From: Candidatus Bathyarchaeota archaeon
GTDB lineage: Archaea > Thermoproteota > Bathyarchaeia > Bathyarchaeales > Bathycorpusculaceae
DNA: 64,000 bases
NCBI GenBank assembly: GCA_963775685.1
Contig: CAVZJV010000014.1
Span: 160,001 to 224,000 of the forward strand
Direction of reading: 5' to 3'
Shown in pieces: positions 31,985 to 41,338 of the stretch. The notes under the pieces are model-generated. The model saw only the letters and a list, made by a program, of their open reading frames with translations, was not told the origin of the DNA and did not search any database. A program made the position numbers and the translations under genes. Every line of letters starts with the position of its first letter. The stretch's first letter is position 1.

Positions 31985-34885
31985 ATGCAAAACAAAAAAC
32001 AAACATTAGTTATCTCGATTGCAGCACTTTTAATAATTTCAATGGGAACATCAATGACACTTTTGCCCAATGCTTCGGCTCATGATCCCCCGTACGACAT
32101 TCCAACCTACGCCTATATTGTTGCGGCACCTTCCCCGATTGGGGTCGGTCAGACAGCACATGTTTACATGTGGCTTGACGCTGTTTACGGCGCCGCTGGA
32201 GGAAGAACTGCCATTGACCCTACGAACGGTTCTACTGCAAGCGCAGGTTTACTTTCAAACAACTACAGATTCCATAACTACAACCTAACTATAACGGCAC
32301 CCGATGGCACTGTAACCACCCAGATTTTTCCAATTATCTCTGACACAACATCGTCACAATACATCACAATGACACCCGACCAAACTGGCATATACACATT
32401 GAAATTCAATTTCCCAGGACAAACGTACGGTGAAAACGGTAACGGGTACGAGCAATCACCCCTAATTGGCGACCACTATCTAGATAGCTCTGCAACTACA
32501 ACCTTGACAGTTCAGCAAGACCCGATCCCTCCAGCAAAAACCAGCAATCCACTTCCACAAAACTACTGGGCACGCCCAATCTACGGTGAAAACACTGACT
32601 GGTGGACAATCTCGTCTAACTGGCTAGGATATGGTTCTCCCGCAGTAGGCGGATGGAGCAGCAGCGGAGGACAAGCTAACATGTACCATCAAGACGCTGT
32701 AGGATCCTTGACTTCACACGTTATGTGGACTCGCCCACTTCAATTTGGAGGAGTTGTAGGAGGAAACCAGTTCCAACCTGGAGGCTCAGACCCTAATTCA
32801 GATGCTTACGGAGTGGCATACTTCGAGGGTTCTTCATATGCACCAAGATTCTACTATCCGATAATAATGCAGGGAATACTCTACTACACTGAAACTGCAT
32901 CTTTCACAGGATCCCCGATTTTGGGTGGTAGCAGCACAGGACCAACCGTCGCTATTGACCTTCGCACAGGAAAACAACTCTGGAGCAATCAGTTTATACC
33001 CCAACTTTCATTTGGATACCTATACAATCTTTGGGACCCTGACCAACATGGTGTCTACCCCGCAGTCCTAGTTGCAGTTGTATCAGGCAACTGGAATTTG
33101 TACGATGCAAACACAGGACTTCCTTTATTCAACGTAACAGGCGTTCCAGGCTTCGGAGCAGTGACAGTAATGGGCCCAAGTGGTGAACACTTAAAGTACC
33201 AACTGACAAACTATGGCACATCTGTGAATCCCGCATACTATTTGACTGAATGGAATTCATCCAAACTGTGGCTCTACGACGTTAACCCATACACTGGCGG
33301 TGGAAGTTTATCACCATCCATCATTAATGCAAGCAACAGAGCCCTCATTCAACAACTGCCTCTTCCAATTACAGGTACAACTGGGACTCTACCAACAGGT
33401 CAAAGCACACCAGCACCTTATGGTTCTACATTGATTGTCAATGGAAACATCCCTATTAACAGCGAAACTCTCGGTTTGACAGGCAAATACGCACAAGCAA
33501 TTACCACTTATGACTGGAACATTTCGATGCCTTGGGCCAACACCATGACTCCAGCACCATCTATCATCGCAGTTAACTATGGTGATGTGATGCTTTGCAG
33601 AAGTGGCAATTTACCCACTGGTTTCGCAGCAACTGGAACAGGCACAAACCAAGATCCATACCAATACTTCACTGTCAACCTCAACGCATCTAAAGGCGAA
33701 ATCGGCAGTGTACTGTGGACAAAGACATATACTCCGCCAGCAGGCAACCTTACTGTCATAGCAGAACCAACTGATTTCATTAACCGTGTCTTTACCTTCA
33801 GCTACCAAGAAACTATGCAATGGGTGGGATACAACCTTGACACAGGCGAAAAGATGTGGGGTCCAACCGATTCTCAAGCAGCCTTTGACTACTATGGCAA
33901 CCCAGGACAACCAACACTATTAGGTGTAATTGCTTACGGCCACCTCTACGTCGCATCATTCTCAGGAATTACCTATGCTTACAACGTTTTAACTGGCAAT
34001 CTAGACTGGACATATGGAAACGGCGGCGAAGGAAACAGCACAAACGCAGGCTTCAACGTCTTCTACGGTGACTACCCAACCCAGATACAATCAATATCTA
34101 ACGGAGTAATATACGAAGCAACCAACGAACATACTGTACCTAATCCAATCTACAAAGGCGCAGTAGTAACCGCTCTCAACGCCACCACCGGGGAAGAGAT
34201 ATTTAAACTCTCAGACTACCCAAGTGAATGGGCAACCGCTGGAACTGCATGGGCAACAGCAGACGGTTTCTTAACAATGATGAACGGCTATGACCAACAA
34301 ATCTACTGCTTAGGCCGAGGACCAAGCCAACTAACTGTTACTGCCCCCGATTTAGCAGCAGCATCAGGACAAGCTGTAGTGATACGAGGAACAGTCACGG
34401 ACATAGCGGCAGGCACACAACAAAGCCAGCAAGCATCAAACTTCCCCAACGGCGTACCATTAGCATCTGACACAATCATGCAAGATTGGATGGGCTATGT
34501 TTATCAACAGATGGCATTCCCAACCAACTTTGAAGGCGTACCAGTAACTATATCGGTTGTCGACTCTAACGGCAATTTCCGAGACATCGGTATCGCAACC
34601 TCAACCTCAAGCGGCACATTCAGCCTAACATGGACACCTGACATTGCAGGCGACTACACAGTCATTGCAACTTTCGCAGGCAACAATGCTTATTGGCCAT
34701 CATCCATGATGACTTCCTTCAACGTCATGGAACCACACCCAACAGTTGCACCCACAGCAGCGCCACCTGCATCAAACACTGACACATACCTATTGGCTTC
34801 ATCAGCAGCAATAATCGTCGTCATCATCATAGTCGGCGCATTAGTAGTGCTAATGAATCGAAAAAGAACAATCCCCGTCGTCTAA
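31985..34885 (+). CDS. large cell-surface PQQ-like beta-propeller protein
   Basis: Signal peptide, AIDLRTGKQLW / YNLDTGEKMWG / ALNATTGEEIF repeats, Ig-like C-terminal domain, Pro/Thr linker, TM helix and RKR tail. Confidence 0.85.
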   Translation: MQNKKQTLVISIAALLIISMGTSMTLLPNASAHDPPYDIPTYAYIVAAPSPIGVGQTAHVYMWLDAVYGAAGGRTAIDPTNGSTASAGLLSNNYRFHNYNLTITAPDGTVTTQIFPIISDTTSSQYITMTPDQTGIYTLKFNFPGQTYGENGNGYEQSPLIGDHYLDSSATTTLTVQQDPIPPAKTSNPLPQNYWARPIYGENTDWWTISSNWLGYGSPAVGGWSSSGGQANMYHQDAVGSLTSHVMWTRPLQFGGVVGGNQFQPGGSDPNSDAYGVAYFEGSSYAPRFYYPIIMQGILYYTETASFTGSPILGGSSTGPTVAIDLRTGKQLWSNQFIPQLSFGYLYNLWDPDQHGVYPAVLVAVVSGNWNLYDANTGLPLFNVTGVPGFGAVTVMGPSGEHLKYQLTNYGTSVNPAYYLTEWNSSKLWLYDVNPYTGGGSLSPSIINASNRALIQQLPLPITGTTGTLPTGQSTPAPYGSTLIVNGNIPINSETLGLTGKYAQAITTYDWNISMPWANTMTPAPSIIAVNYGDVMLCRSGNLPTGFAATGTGTNQDPYQYFTVNLNASKGEIGSVLWTKTYTPPAGNLTVIAEPTDFINRVFTFSYQETMQWVGYNLDTGEKMWGPTDSQAAFDYYGNPGQPTLLGVIAYGHLYVASFSGITYAYNVLTGNLDWTYGNGGEGNSTNAGFNVFYGDYPTQIQSISNGVIYEATNEHTVPNPIYKGAVVTALNATTGEEIFKLSDYPSEWATAGTAWATADGFLTMMNGYDQQIYCLGRGPSQLTVTAPDLAAASGQAVVIRGTVTDIAAGTQQSQQASNFPNGVPLASDTIMQDWMGYVYQQMAFPTNFEGVPVTISVVDSNGNFRDIGIATSTSSGTFSLTWTPDIAGDYTVIATFAGNNAYWPSSMMTSFNVMEPHPTVAPTAAPPASNTDTYLLASSAAIIVVIIIVGALVVLMNRKRTIPVV

Positions 34886-34922
34886 GACAGGGAAAAACCA
34901 ATTTCTTTTTTCTTTTTTATTG

Positions 34923-35342
34923 TTAATTTTTGAGTGTTGGCAACCTTACTATATGTAGGCTTACTCCCAAAGCTATTAGTAGCAGAGCAACTTGCGCTAT
35001 GAAAATCTCGTCTAAAGCAAAAAAGGCAGAATAAATTATCCCAGTCCAAAGAACCGTCATCGCCAAGATTTTTGTTTTCAATGGAATCCCCCGTCCTTCT
35101 TGGTAATTTCTTATGTATTCTCCAAACCAACTGTTTCCCAGAAGCCACTTATGCATACGTTCTGAACTTCTTAAGTAGCAGGTGGCAGATAGCAGAAGGA
35201 AGGGAGTTGTTGGCAAAATGGGCAGAAATATTCCGATTGCACCTAAAGTAAGTGAAATTGTGCCTGCAACAAGTAACAATGCTCTGACTAGTTTGTGTTT
35301 CCTGTTCTTTTGTGCATTAATGTGCTCAATCGTGTTTTTCAT
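34923..35342 (-). CDS. YbaN/DUF454 membrane protein
   Basis: GIFLPILPTTPFLLLSATCYLRSS signature. Confidence 0.9.
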   Translation of the reverse strand: MKNTIEHINAQKNRKHKLVRALLLVAGTISLTLGAIGIFLPILPTTPFLLLSATCYLRSSERMHKWLLGNSWFGEYIRNYQEGRGIPLKTKILAMTVLWTGIIYSAFFALDEIFIAQVALLLIALGVSLHIVRLPTLKN

Positions 35343-35459
35343 CGCTGTCTCGTTGCTTTAAACGCTTATCGTTAATAAAAAACATGCGTTACTTTGTTTA
35401 TGGATGGAATTTTTATAACTAACCTCAACCAACATAGGTATCCTAAACGGTAGAGCAGC

Positions 35460-36308
35460 ATGGACAAACTTGGCGGCTTCATAAAGTTAATGCGACCAGT
35501 CAACTGCACAATGATGGGTTTAGCCGTCGTTGTAGGCGCTGTTCTTGCCTCTCCTCATTTGGACGACCTTAACTGGCAAAGCATCCTGTTCGGGTTCCTA
35601 ACTGGATTTACCTTCTGTGCAGCTGCCATGGTGATCAACGACTATTATGATCGCAAAATCGATGCCATTAACGAGCCCCAGCGCCCCATTCCAAGCGGTA
35701 CAATAAAGCCTCAAGAAGCTTTGATATTTGTCGGGTTTCTTGCTGCAGTTGGCTTTGTCTTTGCTGGATTGGTTAGTGTTCTATGTTTTGCTGTAGCAGC
35801 AGCGTCTTTGGTGATAACTGCAACTTACATTACTGTAGGCAAACGGAGTGGGTTGCCTGGAAACTTTTTAGTCAGCATTTGTGTTGCTATCCCTTTCATT
35901 TATGGTAGCATAACTGTCCTGGGAGCAGTTGGGTTAAATGTGCTGTTGTTTGCATTCATGGCTTTTCTCTCTAATACGGGCAGGGAAATAACCAAGGGGA
36001 TTGTGGATGTGAAGGGTGACAGCGCTGAAGGCGTTAAAACAATCGCAGTGAGGTTCGGAGAAAAGAATGCGGCTTTTGTGGCGGTGGTATTCTTTGTTTT
36101 TGCTGTTGCCTTAACGCCTGTTACGTGGTTTCTGGGGTTAGTTGGCGTATGGTTTATTCCATTTGTTTTAGTCACAGATATTGGGCTAATTGTGTGCTCG
36201 TTACTGTTGCTCTTGGATCATTCACGGGAAAAAGCACGAAAAATCAAGAAAGTTGTTCTGTATCTGTTCTTGATGGGTTTGCTCGCGTATATCTTTGGGG
36301 TTATTTAA
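35460..36308 (+). CDS. digeranylgeranylglyceryl phosphate synthase (UbiA family)
   Basis: MRPVNC, INDYYDRKIDAINEPQRPIPSG, REITKGIVDVKGD. Confidence 0.88.
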   Translation: MDKLGGFIKLMRPVNCTMMGLAVVVGAVLASPHLDDLNWQSILFGFLTGFTFCAAAMVINDYYDRKIDAINEPQRPIPSGTIKPQEALIFVGFLAAVGFVFAGLVSVLCFAVAAASLVITATYITVGKRSGLPGNFLVSICVAIPFIYGSITVLGAVGLNVLLFAFMAFLSNTGREITKGIVDVKGDSAEGVKTIAVRFGEKNAAFVAVVFFVFAVALTPVTWFLGLVGVWFIPFVLVTDIGLIVCSLLLLLDHSREKARKIKKVVLYLFLMGLLAYIFGVI

Positions 36309-36322
36309 ATACATGAAGGCAA

Positions 36323-37003
36323 TTAGGCATGTGTGGGTGAACCGCATTTCTTGCAAAATGAAGCTTTGTTTTTATTCTCAGCTCCGCAAGAACTGCAAAT
36401 TAACCCGGCGTAATTGTTAATTTCATCTTTTATTTTCATGCCGCAACGTTCGCAGAATAATGCGTCAGAGTCATTTTTTGAACCACAGTATTTACAGTTG
36501 AGAGTATTTGATTCTTCTTGGGGAGTCCTCAATCCTGAATTGCCTAATATTGAGGTTTTACCTTTCAGCATTTCGAAAGTTGGCAAGAAATCTAATAGTT
36601 GCATAAACTGTTCTTGATTTGGCGCAAATTTTGAAACACACTCTTCGCTTAAAATAATAAACTTTGGTTTCTTTCCTGAAATTAGTTTGACTTCTTCTAT
36701 TTCTTCGTATGTGTAAAAGCAGCTTTTTTTGCTGAGTTCTAGTTTTTTGTTAAGAGGTAAACTGTTGATTTCTTCTTCCATCTTTTGTCGGTTGATCTGT
36801 TTATCGTTGGTATTAGGCAAGGCGGTCGGTGCAATCCCATAGAGTGAAGAAGGATACCCATCTATATGCTCGAAACGACTGCTGTGTCCCATACAAACGA
36901 TTGCAATACGCTTGTCAGTAAAAACGACATCATACCGCGTGGGATTATCGAGCGGTAACAGAATATCCTTAATAACTCCAAGTTGGCGTTCAGAATCTGG
37001 CAT
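36323..37003 (-). CDS. double zinc-ribbon domain protein
   Basis: C-terminal CKYCG..FCERCG..CSSCG..FCKKCG. Confidence 0.75.
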   Translation of the reverse strand: MPDSERQLGVIKDILLPLDNPTRYDVVFTDKRIAIVCMGHSSRFEHIDGYPSSLYGIAPTALPNTNDKQINRQKMEEEINSLPLNKKLELSKKSCFYTYEEIEEVKLISGKKPKFIILSEECVSKFAPNQEQFMQLLDFLPTFEMLKGKTSILGNSGLRTPQEESNTLNCKYCGSKNDSDALFCERCGMKIKDEINNYAGLICSSCGAENKNKASFCKKCGSPTHA

Positions 37004-37238
37004 GGTTAAAAGCCTCAATACAATATTGCCTATTTACTTTTTTAAGCTTTATGAGATTGGACCATTAACTTACTCTTCTACTCTACTGACATCCGAAGGC
37101 TGGTGTATTGGACGTAACCCGGCTTTGGCTTAGTAATTTTCTACTACTTTCCCTCATTGTTATCCCTGATGTCTTGATACTGAATATCTAGTTATAAATT
37201 TTAAGGATTATCGTTCTATAAAATCAATTAAAAAACTG

Positions 37239-37362
37239 TTAGCATCCCTTTTTGAATTCATTTCCACATTTGTTACAACTGTAAACTTCCAAGCAGAAGT
37301 AAGAGTTCGCTATTTTTCTTTCTGGCTTAGATACACCATTTCCGCATTTGGGGCACAGGCAA
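37239..37362 (-). CDS. tiny CxxCG...CxxCG zinc-ribbon protein (start uncertain)
   Basis: CPKCGNGVSKPERKIANSYFCLEVYSCNKCGNEFKKGC*; no clean in-frame ATG. Confidence 0.55.
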
Positions 37363-37536
37363 GCACTGAGATACCTTTAAATCTAGAATATTTAGAAAAA
37401 TATGGTTTCTATAAAAAGTATTGTTGTCACAACGGAAAAAACAAAAGTTCGTTTTCTGGCTAAACTAAGTTTCAACGGTTCTTTCTTTGAACGTACCAAA
37501 GAGGTTATATGGTAAACCCCCAAATATACGCTATAC

Positions 37537-37765
37537 GTGACCTTCTTGGATAGACTTGAAGCAATGGCGATGCTAAAACAGTTGATGGATAGCGATTTAG
37601 TCGAACCTTCTTATGTTTCAATGGTTCAAGTAAAGCCTAACCAATTCCAGATTCAAATTAAGTGTGATTACAATAAGCAACAGATACACGAATTTTCAAA
37701 AAAAAAATGGCTTAACCATAACAGAAGATAAAGACCCAAAATACTTTGTTATCTTTAAACCATAG
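37537..37765 (+). CDS. small hypothetical protein, frameshift in the poly-A run at ~37700
   Basis: DRLEAMAMLKQLM...; continues NGLTITEDKDPKYFVIFKP* in another frame. Confidence 0.55.
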
Positions 37766-37820
37766 CTGTCCAACTCTAAGTGTGCAGGATGACTTTGAAT
37801 AGCTGTATTCTAAACTTTTC

Positions 37821-37944
37821 TTCGCAAGGTTTTCTTTCCCATACAAAACTGTCCGAAAAAAATTTTCGTTTAAATTTCTATGTTCGCAAGGTTTTCTTTC
37901 CCATACAAAACTATCCGAAAAAAACTTTCGGTTAAATTTCTATG
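37821..37944. repeat. 62-bp tandem duplication (2 copies, 3 mismatches)
   Basis: 37821-37882 vs 37883-37944: ttcgcaaggttttctttcccatacaaaact(g/a)tccgaaaaaaa(t/c)tttcg(t/g)ttaaatttctatg. Confidence 0.95.
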
Positions 37945-38023
37945 TATATATCTGTATATCAACAGATTGGTGATTTCCCCACCCTTGCCAATCAAACCCC
38001 TTTTTCTTTTTTTGGAGGCTTCT

Positions 38024-38224
38024 ATGTTAAGTGAAGCCGAGTTTACGGTTTCGGGTTTTAAATCGCGTAAGCATGAATACCGAGCCGACAAGGGTAAAAA
38101 ACATAGTTATCCAGAGCAGAGAGCAGCGCCCTATACGTATTGTAGTAAGAGGCGTTTAGGGAAGCGGAACGACAAAAACCAAATTCCTATTTACTATTAT
38201 TTACCGCGCGGAAGCTACGCTTAA
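38024..38224 (+). CDS. small basic hypothetical protein
   Basis: GGAGG RBS then ATG; RADKGKKH motif. Confidence 0.55.
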   Translation: MLSEAEFTVSGFKSRKHEYRADKGKKHSYPEQRAAPYTYCSKRRLGKRNDKNQIPIYYYLPRGSYA

Positions 38225-38246
38225 AGAAAAGGTTCGTGGATTTATC

Positions 38247-38558
38247 TCAGTCAAGAAGTCCTCTTTCCACTCTGTAATTACGACCTTTTTTCTTCTGCAT
38301 CTTCTTCTGTAACGGTCTCATAGGCGCTTTTTTGGATGCTTTAGATTCAACATAAAGATGTTCTCTTCCTTTAACAGCATCAAAATCGTATCCGGTTTTC
38401 CTAGTCGTTGTAGTGTAACCAGCCATAGCATATTTTACTTCATCAAGTTTCTGTTTGCCTAAACCAATTTCTCTATTTTGATTAACCCGAATCCTTTTTG
38501 CCACTTTGCTTGGGTTAGAGCGCTTCTTTTTTCTTCTTTTTTGAACCAAACAAATCAA
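38247..38558 (-). CDS. small PD-(D/E)xK nuclease-like protein
   Basis: AGY...TGYDFDAVKGREHLYVESKAS...RPLQK matches the D...ExK restriction-endonuclease fold (Hjc/VRR-Nuc-like). Confidence 0.7.
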   Translation of the reverse strand: MICLVQKRRKKKRSNPSKVAKRIRVNQNREIGLGKQKLDEVKYAMAGYTTTTRKTGYDFDAVKGREHLYVESKASKKAPMRPLQKKMQKKKGRNYRVERGLLD

Positions 38559-38766
38559 AGTCGATGCTCATAATAACGCTTCTATATCTTAGAGATTTTG
38601 TTTATAACTCTTGCTATTAAAAGGTCACTTGTAATCGAAAGAAGACTGAAAAAAAACTAAAAGCCTAATAATAGAACATACTCTCTTTTTCTTTTTTTGG
38701 AGGCTTTTTAGTTGTTTAGCGAATTAACCAAAGCTTAAGAGTGCTATCAGTAGACAACAGTTAACG

Positions 38767-39051
38767 GTGAATAAAATGGAACTGGGAAAGGAACTAGAAG
38801 AGTATGTTCGTTCTGTATGCACTAACATTCAAAATGGGATAACAGACGGGCTGATGCTTGATGGTGCGATAGAGTTTGAGTTAGCAGTTGTAAACACAAA
38901 AGAGGTTGGCGGGGGTTTGAAGCTATTTGTTTTGGATGCAAGAGGTGACTACAGCAAAGAGGAAATCAGTAAAATCAAGTTCAAAATCGCTAAAAAACCT
39001 CGACCCCCGAAAGTGGGGGGTGGGTCTGTGCCGAGTCTGTTCGATAGATAA
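38767..39051 (+). CDS. Trypco2-like small protein
   Basis: IEFELAVVNTKEVGGGLKLFVLDARG...SKIKFKI pattern. Confidence 0.6.
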   Translation: MNKMELGKELEEYVRSVCTNIQNGITDGLMLDGAIEFELAVVNTKEVGGGLKLFVLDARGDYSKEEISKIKFKIAKKPRPPKVGGGSVPSLFDR

Positions 39052-39061
39052 TTCTCTTCTT

Positions 39062-39195
39062 CTATTTTTCTAATTTAATGTCCATGAAGTCAATTTTCTT
39101 AGAAGTATTCTGTATTAGGATTATCCACTTGTTTTTGCCTTCAATTGTTATTCCACAGCTTCGCTTGGGGTTTTGCCGTCTAAGGCTTCATGCGG
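39062..39195 (-). pseudogene. C-terminal remnant of a DDE (IS6-like, archaeal) transposase
   Basis: PHEALDGKTPSEA/GITIEGKNKWIILIQNTSKK, resembling the RPHxxLxGKTPxEAxGIxIxGxNKWxxLIQNA tail of archaeal DDE transposases. Confidence 0.7.
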
Positions 39196-39334
39196 TCAAA
39201 GAAAGCGTATGTTTAGAAAAAGCAGCTCAACCGAAGGAAAACAAATAGACAATTGTTTAGATTGACTACTGCTATTGGAATTTATCCTTAAACCCTTCAA
39301 GCGGTAAAATGACTGTGAGGCTGAAGAGTAGAGA

Positions 39335-39511
39335 ATGAAGCCAAAAGTCACAAAGAAAAAACGTGCTAAAATCTTAATGACTGAATTGGAATTGGCAAAC
39401 AGTGCCTTACTAAATGAGCAGCTCTACAAGGACCTAGGCGCTTACAAGGAACATAAGAAACTGCAAAGACAAATTCATCAACGTCAAGGCTGGATGGAGT
39501 ACATCCGATAA
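39335..39511 (+). CDS. small basic hypothetical protein (58 aa)
   Basis: MKPKVTKKKRAKILMTELE...MEYIR*; stop overlaps the next ATG (TAATG). Confidence 0.55.
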   Translation: MKPKVTKKKRAKILMTELELANSALLNEQLYKDLGAYKEHKKLQRQIHQRQGWMEYIR

Positions 39512-39675
39512 TGAGACGCATTTTCTATGTTATGCGTCAATCCACAGTAACCCGATGCAACAACCCAGAATCCCCAGTTTGCCATGTCTTAATCAAAAAG
39601 GGCGACATAGTTTTTGTTTCTGCAACCGGAAAAATCAAGCATCAAACCTGCTATGAGAGGTGCCTTATTGACTAA
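39511..39675 (+). CDS. small zinc-finger-like protein (54 aa)
   Basis: RCNNPESPVCHVLIKKGD...KHQTCYERC; translationally coupled to both neighbours. Confidence 0.55.
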   Translation: MRRIFYVMRQSTVTRCNNPESPVCHVLIKKGDIVFVSATGKIKHQTCYERCLID

Positions 39676-39970
39676 CCCCGCAAACAAGTGGGCTAAACAC
39701 CGCAAACCCGATTTAATCCGTAAAGTTTTCCCTAGCAAACATGGCTGTCAACACCGAGGATGCAAAGAAAAACGCGTAAGCAAACTTCAATTCGCACACA
39801 CCAAACAAACCCCTTTAAGCCGCACAGGTCCACGCGGCAGAAAAGAAAAATTCGCAGACATCAACAAGCATCCAGAAGCCTACAAAGTTGAATGCCATAA
39901 ACACCATTTAACCGATAAAGCCCCTGCGAAACATGACGCAAGAATGCGGCGCTTAGGGAAGCGAAGGTGA
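39668..39970 (+). CDS. HNH-like endonuclease / zinc-binding basic protein
   Basis: GAGGTG RBS plus TTG; CQHRGC...LQFAH...KVECHKHH. Confidence 0.55.
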   Translation: MTNPANKWAKHRKPDLIRKVFPSKHGCQHRGCKEKRVSKLQFAHTKQTPLSRTGPRGRKEKFADINKHPEAYKVECHKHHLTDKAPAKHDARMRRLGKRR

Positions 39971-40043
39971 TTGTATGGCAAGACAAAAAATAAGAATTCA
40001 ACAAGCAAGAAAAAAGAAACCCTACTATTAAGGAGAAAACAAA

Positions 40044-40532
40044 ATGCGACCTCGAATAAGTCAAGATGAAGCGCAATACATTGTATCTCTACTAGATGTA
40101 AGTAGCTATGTTCTAACAGAAAAAGAAAAAGAGATAAATCGTTTATCAGTTGAGGTAAAGCAGCTTCGAGATATGATTTTATTAGACACATACAAAGCAA
40201 GCCAAGTTTTTAAAATCCGAGAGAAAAAAGAACGTCTAAAAAAATTGGAAATACTAAAGTTTAATCTCTATTCAAATATTGAACTTCACATAAAACTTAG
40301 AGAAAAATACCTGGCTATCGCAGAAAACAAACCCCATGACGGCCGCTATAAATCCTTGTCAACAAAAAAGCGTTTTAGATATACGGATTCTAAGTCTTTA
40401 ACTTCTTTAGCGTTGACTGATACCTCAATTAATGCAGAGGAAGAAAAACAAATCTCGGAATATTACGAGAAATATATTAGAGGTCATGTTCCAAACAAAA
40501 AGTTCTTGGGTGGAATAGGAGTTTTCAGATGA
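40044..40532 (+). CDS. hypothetical coiled-coil protein
   Basis: AGGAG RBS, 162-aa ORF. Confidence 0.65.
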   Translation: MRPRISQDEAQYIVSLLDVSSYVLTEKEKEINRLSVEVKQLRDMILLDTYKASQVFKIREKKERLKKLEILKFNLYSNIELHIKLREKYLAIAENKPHDGRYKSLSTKKRFRYTDSKSLTSLALTDTSINAEEEKQISEYYEKYIRGHVPNKKFLGGIGVFR

Positions 40533-40630
40533 AATTAATTAAAAGAATTAGCTTTAATTGTTTTTTATTATTTGGTAATTCAAAGTTAATTATCTATGGA
40601 AAAAAACTAATTAGGAGTAATTAGAAAAAA

Positions 40631-41338
40631 ATGCAGGAATACCATAGATTAAATGTTTATGATTATGTTAACGAGTTTTGCGGTTGGGCCGCCTTAGAAG
40701 AATTAACAAAGTACGCAGGTTCTCCAAGAAACGAATTATATCTATTAGGTTTGATTAAAACAAGTGGCAGAGCTACAGAGGTTTTATGCCTTGAAAAAGA
40801 AAACTTTAATGTTATTCCTAAAAAGAAATACATCTTAGTTCAAAACATGAAACTTGAAAAGCGGTGGCGCAAAGTAAAGCTGCAGGATGGTTCAAGCGTA
40901 AGAGAACACATGGAAGCAATAAGAAAACCTTTCCCAGTATTATTGAAAGAACCATTAAGTCAAGAGCTTTTAGAACATTTAGAAGCAAGCAAAGACGGTG
41001 GTTTATTTGTTAGCCCATACAAAGCGCATAAACCATTAACGCGAGATTGGGGCTATAAGCTGATACGAAGAATAAATGATGATATTCCAAGATCGCTGTT
41101 CAATCGGTTGGGCTTGAATATTACGTTTAGGGATAGAGTAACGCAGGCAGCTACAGCAGACATGATTCATTTATGGCAACATTGGTTTAGAAGTAAAAGA
41201 GCCAGCCAGCTAAGAGCCGAATATGATTTTAGTGAACCCGACTTAATGGAGTTCTTTGGTTGGCTTGACTATAAGACAGCTCTGCATTATAGCAAGTTGG
41301 GCGCGTCTAACTTAGCTAAAAAGATGCTAAAAGCCTAA
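40631..41338 (+). CDS. tyrosine recombinase (catalytic domain only)
   Basis: TSGRATE (R), K in LEKRW, HWFRSKRA (HxxR), FFGW, TALHYS (catalytic Y). Confidence 0.85.
   Translation: MQEYHRLNVYDYVNEFCGWAALEELTKYAGSPRNELYLLGLIKTSGRATEVLCLEKENFNVIPKKKYILVQNMKLEKRWRKVKLQDGSSVREHMEAIRKPFPVLLKEPLSQELLEHLEASKDGGLFVSPYKAHKPLTRDWGYKLIRRINDDIPRSLFNRLGLNITFRDRVTQAATADMIHLWQHWFRSKRASQLRAEYDFSEPDLMEFFGWLDYKTALHYSKLGASNLAKKMLKA

Noticed and set aside
37821-37944. Tandem repeat as a CRISPR array
   Set aside because: Only two adjacent 62-bp units, no spacers and no cas genes
38149-38169. RRLGKR peptide/DNA similarity with 39946-39966
   Set aside because: Short and within basic low-complexity proteins; cannot be distinguished from chance
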